A stretch of DNA of 63,921 nucleotides, filler included, from Reticulomyxa filosa (lineage: Eukaryota; Protista; Foraminifera), in NCBI GenBank assembly GCA_000512085.1. It is 16 parts of 16 records of this genome, joined end to end, with 100 filler letters (N's around TTAATTAATTAA, not from the genome) between each part and the next. Parts side by side here need not be neighbours in the genome. Positions count along the whole stretch, not along the records: positions 1 to 8,544 come from ASPP01013287.1; positions 8,645 to 11,869 come from ASPP01005334.1; 14 more parts are not named here. The stretch is one strand, 5' to 3'. The stretch's first letter is position 1, and the number at the start of each line of letters is the position of its first letter. A model generated the notes under the pieces. The model searched no databases and had not been told where the DNA came from. It worked only from the letters and a program-made list of their open reading frames with translations. Below, in pieces: positions 1 to 11,847 of the stretch. The translations under genes and the position numbers were made by a program.

Positions 1-66
1 GTATATATATATATGGAGAGAGAGAGAGAGAGAGAAATGAATGGAATTTGTTTGACTCACAATAGT

Positions 67-941
67 ATCATGGAAAGAGCTATCCCAATTGCTTTATTGG
101 GAGTGAAGCAGTGACATGGATAATAGAACATCCGAAATTAACCAAGTGCGACACCTTGGAGAAGGCGATTGTATTGGGAAACTATTTAATTCGCAAAGGC
201 ATAATGCACCATGTAATGAATCAACATTTGTTCAAGAACGACTACTTGTTTTATCAATTTTCCAAAGACATTGATCACGAGTCTGTGACATACAAATGGA
301 ATTCGCAAGATCTTATTGCTATTGCAAAAGAGATTCGACAAAATGTAGAAATCCGAGATCGCACCTATCATTTCAAAAAATACAAAGACTGTTTCTTAGG
401 AAACGCGTGTGTCAAATTTTTAATCGACAGATCCATTTGCACACATGTGCCTGAGGCCATTGCTTTGGGCAATGCTCTCATTGAACAAAACATCATTCAT
501 CACGTCACCGACGGACACAAGTTCGAAAATGGCCCCTTTTTTTATGCTTTTGTGGATTTGGCTCGCTTTGATTTATTTCATATCACCACTTCGAAACACA
601 GCACGGAGACCATTGACTGGGGTCGCAGAAATAGCATTGGTAACTCTACTACCAATTCTGTTTTGCTGCAACGATTGTCCACTGGTCGTCGCACCAAAAG
701 CTTGACACACCTCTCTTCGCCATATGAACAGAGCCAAACTCCTTCCTGTGATCGACATCTCATGCCCATTTTGGCCGAAAGCAGAACTATCTGCAGCCAA
801 GAGACTGAAGATCACAAAGAGGACGACGAAAAAAAACAAACCGAACAGCCGCCCTCGCTTAATCCTACCGACCGTCTTTTTTTTAGTGACGATGATATAG
901 ACGGAGAAGATGATACTTTATATGGGACCTTTAAAGGTTGA
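67..941 (+). CDS. Tandem DEP-domain protein, last exon (5' partial)
   Basis: After the acceptor at 66 (aatag): YPNCFIGSEAVTWII...AIVLGNYLIRKGIMHHV...FKNDYLFYQF. A second copy follows: IRDRTYHFKKYKDCFLGNACVKFL...AIALGNALIEQNIIHHV...FENGPFFYAF. Both fit the DEP consensus. Acidic disordered tail. Confidence 0.88.
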
Positions 942-1621
942 ACCTTTGTCCCAATTGATGTTAATATCTGTCTACCTTTTTCTTTTTTTTTCTTTGCTTG
1001 TCTGTAGGAAAACTACTGTCATTCAAAGTAGTTTCATTGATATGTGTCCTTCGGGATTTATCCAAATTAACTGTTCCTCGCTAACTCTCGCTTTCGTTAA
1101 TAACAAACAAAACGATTTTTTTCTTTTTCTTTTTTTTTTTGATGGTTGGGTTGAATTTTTCAAAGGTCTTTTTTAACGGCAATCTATCAGTTCTACACAT
1201 GAAACAAATATTTGGTTTTATGAAATTTGTAATTTACTTGGCGATGATTTTTTTCTGTTCTTTTTTCTTGGTGAAATTGGTTTTTATTCAATTAATCAAT
1301 TCTTTTAAAATATGTTTTAATTTTCTATATTACAACGAAAAATCTGCTTTATGTGAATATGACACTGTTCGAATTGGCAGATAGAAAGAAACCAAAAAAA
1401 TATCACTGCGACAAGTGTATAATGGAACTACTAATTCGAATGTGACTGCATATTCCAAAAAGTAGATGCATTGCTTAAAACAGTCAGTAGTTGTGCTGGC
1501 AACGCAAAAGAAAAAAATACAGGCAACGAACCAAGTTTTTTGTTTAAAAAACATTTTATCTTAATTGGAAAGAGTACAGCTTTCAAACAAAACGTTTCTT
1601 TTCTATTTCTTTCTTGGGATA

Positions 1622-2607
1622 ATGTCTGCAATTATGTCTGTTTTCTCTGGTGCAAAGAGTTTGATCAACTTAACGTTTGGAAAAAATCTGTACGAAGGCG
1701 CAAACGAATGGTCAGAAAAAAAGGGTTATTTTGGTCTCTGCAAGCCAAAGACATTGACGGAAACGAATTTAATTTTGAGCAATTAAAAGGACACGTATCT
1801 TTAGTGATCAACGTGGCATGTAAATGTGGCTTTACTCAATCATCATACACGAAATTGGAAAAATTGACCCAAAAATATTGGGATCAAGGCTTGCGTGTGT
1901 TGTGTTTTCCATCAAATCAAGTTTAAGCGAACGAGTTTTCATCCTAGCCCTCTTTTTCTCTTGTTGGATACTCAGATGACAGTAACTAATTTAACAAGGG
2001 ATAAATTATAGTTTCTTGGCCAAGAACCATGGGATGAGAAAGAAATTAAGGAATGGATCTTTGACAAATGGCCAAATTTGAAAGCTCAAATGTTTTCCAA
2101 GATCGATGTGAATGGAGAAAGTACACATCCTGTGTATCTCTGGCTGAAAAATTCGTTTCCAGGTACGCTATCATATTTTGTGCTATGCACGAACTACTCT
2201 AATCACAGTGCAATCAAAACATATCGTGGTTAATGTTTTGACGAGTTTTTGGTTTTCTTGTTTTTTTATAAAATTTTTGCAAGGTGACATTGTGTGGAAT
2301 TTTTCCACCAAATTTTTAATTGGTTCTGATGGGAGACCATTGGCACGTTTTGAGAAAAATCAGCCCTGGTCTGATATTGAAGCAAAAATTGAAGAAGCAC
2401 TTGCGTCAGTGGCGTCGAAACAATCTGCTCAAGATGCTAACGAAAATACTGACAGTTAAATATATATATTTTTTTCTAGATATCAGAATAGACAAGACAA
2501 AATGAAACACAGCCGACAATAATGAAAGTAATGACCACCCCGCTTCAAATGAGCAAGCTACATCAACCACAACTCAAGACGAGAGCAAAGAACCTGAATC
2601 GTCTTAA
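1622..2607 (+). CDS. GPX: Glutathione peroxidase (Cys-type, PHGPx-like), 4 exons
   Basis: Motifs NVACKCGFT, LCFPSNQ|FLGQEP, FSKIDVNG and IVWNFSTKFLIG. Introns at about 1921-2011, 2163-2283 and 2455-2512. The start is either ATG 1708, or ATG 1622 with a 1-nt frame change at 1717-1723. Confidence 0.92.
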
Positions 2608-3123
2608 TTTTAGTGTTTTTTCGTTTAATTTGAGTTTGTTTTGAGGCATTTCTTCAGGTTTTATTAAAAGTTAAATAAGATTATTAAGATTAATAGCAAT
2701 GTAGATAACAAAATCTCTCGTGCACAACAACATTCGAAACTGTGAAAGCAAAGTACATTTCCTTTGTTTTTCGTCCGGCTCAACAGAGTGCTTTTTGTGA
2801 AGATGACGTACAAATAACTTTTTAGCTACTAATATATTTTAAAGTTTCAAGTTGTTATCGGTCTTGTGCTCGATCAGAAAAGATTGCAAGAAGATTTTAA
2901 ACTGAGTCACTCACATGCTAAAAGCTTAGAATATTTATTTATCAAAACATAATAGTATTACAAGTTTTTAAGCGGTTTTGTAGATTGTTTCATATAAATA
3001 GTCGTTCAGCTTTTCTTGAACAAAAATTGGAGCAATTTACTACAAAAAAAAGGAAATGACCTGGAGCAAAGCACAAGGAACAAAGTGTGAAGTTTGTGAT
3101 AATGACGTTTTAAACAATAAAAT

Positions 3124-4637
3124 TTATGGATAGTCAAAACTAAAGACTCCAAATTCCAAAAGTAAGTCTTTTAGTTTGTAAATGTTCCTCCTGACAGCTT
3201 GTTGTGTCTCAATCGTGTGATCAAAATTATCGGCGAACCGAAGATTGACAAGTATGTTCTTCCAAAATTGTCTGTGAAATTTGGTGTGCTTTTGAAAATA
3301 ATAAGAGCCCACGCCACAAAAATCATATTTTGGTTTATTTTTAAATCCTTGTCCAACCACATGACAAACACGACAAACCCATCGCATTGGAAGACCAATT
3401 TTATTAAAAATGATTTGCATTTGTTCTTTGGTATAAATATTGAAAATATCCTTTGGAACAAACACCAAGCATTTTTGGAGGCTATCATTCTCGTTGTGCT
3501 TGTCATTATTGCCAGCGATGGGATAACAATACGAAAGAGCAAACAAAACATGATTCAAAAAATATCGACAGTGAATGACATTATTATTAATATCATTTTG
3601 ACTTAAATGTGGAAATATTTGTTGCAAGCGATTTGACAAATGAACTAATTTTTGCCACTGTTGCAGCTCATGAAATTTATCATAGAGTGATGGTCCATAA
3701 GCTTTATTCATACCTGATATCATCAGCATTGATGATAAATTATTGGTAATGGTAAAATCGTTAGCATCACATGACTCCGATTCTTCTTCTCTCCCTTCGT
3801 TCTTTTATCTTTCACATTTTTTGTTAATTTATCACACTTTTTTTTTGTGCTTTGATCAAATTCATCTACATTACTTCTTTCGGCTCTTGTCAATGCTACA
3901 CTTTCATCTATATTTGTATTCACGTTTACAATTGCATTTACACTGGCATTTGTATTTGACGGTATTTGTGGAACTTTAAAAATTGTCTGTGACTCCAATG
4001 TTGGAAGCATGAATTTGTGATCAGCCGAGTTGTCTTGAAAGTTTTGCAAACTAACATTGTTATGATATTGGGAGTAAGATTGTAACATTTCCACGGTTTG
4101 ATTGTCCAATAGAGCTGCTGTTACTGTACTAATTGAATTTATTGGTTCCAAACTGTTTGTTTTTTTTTTTTTTTCATATTTTCCTTTGTCGCTGCCATCT
4201 GCCATCAGTCCATATTTTGCACTGCTTACACGCCCAGCTGCTATTGATGATCCTCTCGAGAACGATGATTGATTGGAAATTGACATCAAATCAGGCAACA
4301 AAAAAACATTTTCCGTAATTCCTGCACGTGTGCCAATCCCTATCGATGGTAAGACGAGCTTTGACGTTGAGAGAAGCGCGTTAGAATTTAGGCATTCCTT
4401 GCGGACATTTGGTGATTGCGAGACAACTTCTTCATCTTCAAGTACAATTATTTCTTCTTTACTTTTCCTGCCTTCTCTTCCCAGATTGTTGCGTCTTTTT
4501 CTTTTATTTATTTTATCTCGTGGTATGGTTTGTGGTTCCAGATATCTTTGTGGCGTTCCTGGAGGCCGGCTACTAGAAAGTCTCAATGAGCCAGTGGGCA
4601 ACATTTCTTCAAGACCGGAAGGAAACATGTCTATCAT
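3124..4637 (-). CDS. Hypothetical protein: disordered N-terminal half, folded Cys/His-containing C-terminal domain
   Basis: Overlapping ORFs 3723-4637 and 3124-3729. The second frame is already open from about 3803 (NEGREEESESCDAND...), so this is probably one gene with a 1-nt break or a short intron near 3790-3840. Confidence 0.6.
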
Positions 4638-6765
4638 GTCAAAAATTAATATCTAGCAGGAATATGGATTTAATATTGAATTTACTATTTATTTTTTTGA
4701 AAAATGTGGGGGCAACATCAAAAACTGCTCCGCTTGTAATTTTCAAATCTATATTCAAGTAATGCTTTGTAAGTCTAAATCATTTAGTCATTAGTTCAAA
4801 ATTAATAAGTTAATCGAAATCCATTGATTTTTCGAAAAGCTATATTAATTTACATAAAGCAGAAAGCGAAAGTGCAAAAATTCCAAGGTTTTATAAGACG
4901 TTGTTTGCGACAAAAATTATTCAATGTGCAAGTTTTAAATTTAATCATTTTTAAGTTAAAATTTGTAATAAAAAAAACATGTCAAGTTGTTAAAAAGCCA
5001 ACCCTCACAATAAAGCAATTCGCACAGGTCGGTAAATACTAAACATCACTAATCACTTTGAGCTTGGCCAGCCGAAACTATTTAATCACACATTCTTTTT
5101 GTTTAAAGGTTAAACATAAGTCTAGACAAATAGAAAAAAGTGCATCAGTCAAAAGGTAAATATTCAACATTACATTTCAGTTATTGGATGCTAAGTAATG
5201 TAACTCATCAATAAAAAAGTATTTTAGATTGAATAAATTACTCAACTTTTTGCTCCTTGATACGGCCAATTAAAAAAAAATTTTTTGCACCACGCAATGG
5301 CGCTGTCATGAAACTTTCAAACGTAAACTACTTTTGTATGAAAAGCAATAGCTTACTCAAAAGTGTATTTATATTTCATAATAACATTTCTGCTAAAAAA
5401 GTTTAGGACTAAAAAAATACAACCCAGTAACGTTTTGTTTTTCTAATTTTTGGGGGTTCGTTGTTACCCAAAAAGTTTATCTGTCACTCGAACAAAAATA
5501 TTTTTTGATAGATAACAGGAATAACAGAAGTCTATTTTTAGATAAGTATTTTTATTGTTATAAAAAACACATTTAGCAGGAACAATTCGTTTTTAAAGTT
5601 GTGTCGATGAAATTGAAGCTTTGTGCAAGGCTTGCTGGAAATTATAAATTTATTTAATAAAAAAGACACTGCCACAGACAAAAATTAATAAAGACTGAGA
5701 AAGTTGAAATTTCTCGAAACTGTAGGATGTGCTGACTGTCACTTTAACTTGACAAAGTATAATACAAAAATATTGCTCTATGAGCGATTTTTCAATAAAA
5801 AAAGTTAATTAAATCAGGAAGAATAGAAATACAACAAAACAAGAAACGGGTAAAAAAGTTGAAGTAAGTTGCGAAACAGGGGTTCCAATATTCAACTCTT
5901 TGGCACTTACCAGTGCGACATTGCAATACATTTCAGAAATGTCTTTCTACTCTAATTATGGAATTGTTTTTTGAATGAAAAACATTGTATGCCATCAATT
6001 TACTACTTTTCATTTGTCAGTCAACAACTAGTTGTAGCACTTAGTAACTTTTTAGTTCTAAAACTTTTTACAATTGCAAACACAGTTAAAAAGTATGAAA
6101 TATAATCCAACAAAAAAAGAGGTTTTGTATTTAGCAGAAACTCTTCTCTATTTCGCGTTGTTAAGTAGTTTCCAGTATATGTAGTACCTAGTTAAATTAA
6201 TATTCTGTGTTGTTATTTTTATTGCATTGTAAAAATATCATTTTGTTCCGCGTTTGCTTTTGTGTCAGTGCAATAAATTATGTAATTTCTTTTTATTTCT
6301 TAATTGAAAGATTATTAAGAAGTATATGATTGTATTTTTTGGTGACTAACTGCCAAAAAGAGAAAGAAATAGAATATGATTTGAACAAGTGCTATTAATG
6401 CTTATTGATTTTACTTTATTTCGTAAGAGATGAACAAAAAGACTAAATGAATGATAGTTCCAAAGACATAGATTTGTTCTATCTACCAATATTCTGTTTA
6501 TAAAAACTTACTAAACCAAAAAAGTAACTAAAACAAGTGCCACCTACTAAGAGGAAATGATTATTAAAATGATGTTTTTTGGAAAATGCAATGATGTAGC
6601 TAAACTAGTTGTAATTATTCTATTTATGCAAAATAATATAGAAAAAAAAAGTAACATTGCCAACAATTGAATAAAACGATGTAATTTTTTTCTTATTTTG
6701 AGGAAAACAAATATATTTTAATCTTTTTCATAATGCGTTATTAAACATTTTTCAAAAGAAAAAAT

Positions 6766-8484
6766 TCAATTACTAGGTTTGGTTGATGTTTGAAAGTTGA
6801 TACGTTTATTTAAGTCTTCGTTTCTTCGAATCAATTGTTCTTTTTCATCTTCTAAAACGCTAACAAGAATTTTTTTTTCTTCCAATTCTTCATTTTTTTG
6901 TAAACATTTATTTTCATACCAATCTTTTTCTGTTTTTAGAATATTAATTTGTTTATGTAAAGAAGTGATTTGTTTTTGCATTGCAGATAATTCACTGCGA
7001 GTATTTTCTAAAAATACTTTGGTACAATTCAATTGAGATGTTTGAAATTCATATTGTTTAACTAATTGATTATATTTTTCAAATGTTACTAAATTATCAT
7101 CTTTTTGAAGAATATGATTGTTATCAATTGGATTTTCAGATATACTATGAGCATATAATTTTGTCTTTTCATTTTCTTTTCCAGAGAGTTTGCGATATAC
7201 AGATTGAAATAGACCAGTTTTGGAACTTTGTTTACTTTTTGGACTGGAATGACTATTGAAATCAATAGACAAAGGTTGAGGATGTCCTGTTATTTTTGTC
7301 CTATCTATTAGATTAGTTCCAAGATATCCACCTAAATGTTTTTCAGGAAGCAATAAATCCGATTCAGAACGTCTGCGAGATCTGATTTATTAATTTAAAA
7401 AAAAAAAAAAAGAAATATATATATGCATATATAACATAAATAAAAATATAAAATATTACTTGAATGAAGGTGAAGTAACCAATATATCTTTAGTAAATTT
7501 TAATAAATGTTTTCCTGTATTCAATTTGTTATTGGATTGAATAAGTGGAATTGAATCAGTTGTCGAAGTGGTATTTGGATTATCACTTGTTTGAGCCATT
7601 GATTGTGAACTGATATGTGTTGCTGTCAGACCTGTACTATCTTCTCCGCCATAATCCTTATTTGCCAAATGATTTTTGGAATAACTTTGTTTTTTCGCTG
7701 TATCCATATCAACTGTTAACATTGACATATGTATGATATATAAAATTTTCAATGAAATAAAAAAAAAACAAAAACTTTGTAAAGAATGATTATGGGGCAA
7801 TTCCTTTTCTTCATATTCAATACTTGATGAAACGGTAGAGTCATCACTTTTTTTATGCATTTGAGATTTTGATTTGAGTAAAGGTATTTGTTGATTTGGT
7901 GTATGCTGTTTGTATTTCATACGTGACGCACTCATATAATCACCAGCCAATACCATATTTTCCTTGTCATCCACTTTTACATCATATACCGTTTCAACAT
8001 TTGTTGCAGTATATTCTGTGCTCTGTGCATATCTATGTTTATTCTTATCGTTAATGAGATCATTCTTTTTCTTTTTCTTTTTTTTCATAATTGGCATAAG
8101 TGGTGATATTAATGAATCATTGATATTATCAATATCAATATTATTATCATGTCTTTGTTTTTGTGTAATAGAAGAAGAAGAAGAAGAAATGGGAATATCT
8201 AAAACTATTCGTTGTCCAATAAATAATAATAACCATGAATATTTTTGTGGTTGTGACCATATCATTATCATCAATAATTCATAACATGATAATAAAAAAT
8301 TAGTCACAACTGGATAGACAAGTAAATAAATCAGACCAATTGATTGGTTTGAATTAGATAAATTATTTATCCACAGATATTTGTCCAATTTATTATTGGA
8401 CATTGATGCTTCATTGAAACAATAAGACAAATAATAACTATAAAACGCCAAAGGTATGATATAAGATATAAATAGGTATTTCAT
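6766..8484 (-). CDS. Hypothetical protein with hydrophobic segments and a C-terminal coiled coil (5' partial, multi-exon)
   Basis: ORFs 7456-8484 and 6766-7353 are separated by an AT-rich intron-like gap. The C-terminus is heptad-like and K/E/Q-rich. Confidence 0.55.
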
Positions 8485-8544
8485 ATGATAATCATTGCAA
8501 TATTGTAATATTTGATAAATCGTGAAACATTCTTTTTTTATTTT

Positions 8545-8644
8545 NNNNNNNNNNNNNNNNNNNNNNNNNNNNNNNNNNNNNNNNNNNNTTAATTAATTAA
8601 NNNNNNNNNNNNNNNNNNNNNNNNNNNNNNNNNNNNNNNNNNNN
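8545..8644. other. Artificial contig spacer (first of 15)
   Basis: Identical 100-nt N44-TTAATTAATTAA-N44 blocks, giving stops in all six frames, start at 8545, 11870, 14600, 16029, 18145, 19735, 25863, 29163, 30836, 31958, 41977, 44496, 46803, 52204 and 62640. Confidence 0.98.
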
Positions 8645-9155
8645 TTTTTTTTCCGTGAACAAAACTCTCAAAAACAAAAAACCATTTTCGTTTATTTGAC
8701 TGTTACCAAGTATATTCACTTTCTGGGTCTTGTCATTCTAGCTCACATTTTTCTTTATTTTGAATGAATTGATGTAGAAAAACGAATAATTGATTATAGG
8801 GAAAAAATGAGCCTAATTCTGTCTTGGGAAGTGCTCCATTTAAAAAAAATTTCTATTGAGCTTTTCCAAATGTTTGATTTTTATTAAAAAAACAAACTGC
8901 TTGCTAAAAAAAAAGATATTTTTTTGTACGAAAGATGAGTTGAAAAAGTAATTGATAAAAAAAAAGCAAAACTAAAAACGGACAGGACAAGAGAAGTTGC
9001 ACCCAATACAATTGCCCACTCCTTAAGGAAGATGGAACAGGGATGGTGAACTGAAACAACAATAACAACAAAAAAAATTAAATTTTTTGAGTCTGTTGTT
9101 TCGAAAGAAAACGAAACCAAATGACGGGCAGTTGTTTTTTTTTACTGAACAGCAT

Positions 9156-11847
9156 CTACTTGCTGCGGAAGAATATTTCACCATAGAATTCAATTCCACT
9201 GCACGCCAAGTACTTTTTTTCATAGTCACACAAATTACTTGCAGTATTATACATTTCGAGTTCAAAAAAAAAAATATATATATATGCATATATATATGTG
9301 TATATAAACATAAGTACAAATATAAATATATACATATACGTATATGTATATATGTTATACCAAGTGTTGATTTGAGTTTTTGTCAAATTGACGTATTCTG
9401 AAAGCGCGAAATCTTTCTTTGCAGTCGACTTGCCATGTGTGTGTGCTTCCTTTTCCATTTAACGCAGTGTCATTTTTGTGGGTGCGTATAATGACAAACT
9501 TTTTCAAATCATTGGTGCCTTCGAGATACCAGTTGCGCAAGCATTCTGTGTCCCATGAATTGTAATGTCGCAGCGAGTAGTGGGTGAGACGCACATAGAG
9601 GGTGCCAAGATCAACCATAAACCAGCTGTCCTTTAGAGACGTAGTCACACATCTTCGCACGTCATGGCCGCAGATGGCACTCGCGGGGGCGCTGTCACTC
9701 GCCAGCTGCGACGAGGTTACCGTGACCACGCCGATTTCGGCGGGGTTACGCCAGACAGTGGTTCCCCAATCGGTTCCAAGGAACTGCAAAAGTCCATTTT
9801 CGTCAAAGTCTTTGACATATTGAAGTTGATAGCTGTTGCCAGAAGTCAAGTCTATAAATATACGTATACATATATATATATATATGTATATAATATTTTG
9901 AAAAATTCTTTCAATCGAACAACAACATGCACAACATGCACAACATGCATACGTTGAATAAGTCTTTCTTTCTCTTGTCTGGCCATCTCTCTCAAGAATG
10001 CCATTTCCTGATCTTCCTCAGCCGGTTGCGTGGAAGGAGATTGGATGGGAGTGCCCTTGTCGGTCGACGTGGGAGCGGACTCGACAGGCCAAGGCACTTT
10101 GCCGGTTTGCGAGCAGTCGGTCGGAATATCCTGTTCCAAGTGTTTGTCTCCGAGTTTCGTGTCGTCTTGACTGGGCTGGTCAACGTGGGCGATTTGAAAA
10201 ACGTCGCCGTACACTTCAAAGCCACTAAGAGAATTGTACCAATGGTTGTTACTGTTGACTCCGGTTTGGCGAATACGAAAGGCGCGATAGCGTGCCCCTT
10301 TGGGATGTATGTCCCATGTGGCCACAGCGCCTTTGCAGTTCAAGGAAGCATCTCCCTTGTGGAAGCGCAAGATGGTCCAGTTGGACTTGTCGAAGGACCC
10401 CTCCAGCACCCACGTGCGCAACGCCTCGGTGTCCCACGAGATGTAATGACGGAGCGAGTAGTGCGTGGGGGTCACGTACAAATTGATCAAGTCCACGGAA
10501 AACCATGAGTTCTCCACGGGCTGCGTCACGCAACGCACCGCAATGTGTCCGCACAGCGCATGCGCGGGTTCCGAGTCTTGCATCAGCGATGAGGCCTCGC
10601 ATTTCACCCAGCCATGGGACCCTGGGTTCACCCACGTCGACGTTCCACCTCGTGTCCCAATCCAATGAATGACTCCGTTTTTGCCGGTGTTTTCCGTAAA
10701 CTCGCATTTTTTGACAAGCTTTAATTCTGTGTGTTTTTTTTGTGTGTGTGTGTGTTATTTCATAGCACTTTTGCAAAAAAAAAAAATATAAATACATATA
10801 TATATATATGTATACATATATATATATATATTATTTTATTATTTTTATTATTTTTGTTATTTAGAGAATTTTTTTGAAATTTAAAATATGTAAAAATAGA
10901 TTACATATATGGTATATAGTATATAGTATATATATGTGTATACAAACTCTTCCATATTTCCTCGGCCTCTCGTTTGTTGACAACAGTCTGCAAGGGGTCG
11001 TGCTTGAGCAGATACAAAAGTCCGTAGAACTCGATTCCGGAACAGGCCAGATATTTGTGTTTGTTGGAGTTGAGTCCGGTCTGCTTGATGCGCCAGTAGC
11101 GATAGGCGCCGCGACTTTGAATGGGCCACGTGTGGGTGGCGCCCTTTTCGTTGAGACCCTGATCGTCGTCGTGCTTCCTCAGCGTGGTCCAGTGGACGTT
11201 GTCGTTGGACGCTTGCAGCAGCCAGTTGCGCAGACATTCGGTGTCCCACGACGAGTAGTGACGCAGCGAGTAGTGCGAGGGTTGGATCAGCTTGTCTTTG
11301 AAGTCCACTTGCATCCACGCGTCGTCCTCGGCGTTGGTCACGAGACGCACCGTGTCGCGTCCGACCAAGAAATGTAGTGGCTCGCAGTCCTTGACCAGAG
11401 ACGACGCCGACAAGGCAACGTCGTCGGTGAGCGCGGGATTCTGCCATTCGCGTTGTCCACCCCGCGTTGCCAGAAACCACAAGATACCATTTTCGTCAAA
11501 GTCTTTGTCGTACGTGAAGTGATAAGCCCCTTGCTGGCCATTCTCCATCATATGGCAGAACTTGACCACGACTGCTTCTTCATCTTCTGCTGCTCGTCGT
11601 ACGCCTTTGCAAAGTCCTCTTGCACGCTCCCGGGGTCTGTTGTGTGCAGCGCGCCGTACAGCTCGAATCCACTGCACGCCAAAAAGTAGTGGTTGTTGCT
11701 GTTCGGGCCCGTCTGCTTTACGCGGAATCGTCGAAAGCTGCATCCATAATCGTGCAGTCCCCACGTGTACGCCTGTCCTCGAGAACTCAATGATTGGTCG
11801 TTGTTGTGTTGGCGCAGCACCAGCCATTGTTCACCATCCAGAGAGCC
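9156..11847 (-). CDS. Protein of at least four tandem HECTD1-type discoidin/SUN-like (galactose-binding fold) domains, 5' partial
   Basis: Repeated motif DFDENGxxxxxGT...WxNP...WxxVD...THYSLRHYxSWDTExLRNW...RxFRIxQTGxNSN..YLACSGxExYG at about 11640-11847 (partial), 11000-11520, 10200-10700 and 9156-9830. In-phase introns join the last three copies. There is a frame break near 11550-11590. Confidence 0.85.

Noticed and set aside
2480-2607. In-frame TGA at 2503 in the GPx tail as selenocysteine or readthrough
   Set aside because: The acceptor acacag at 2512 removes it in phase, and the catalytic residue is an ordinary Cys codon.
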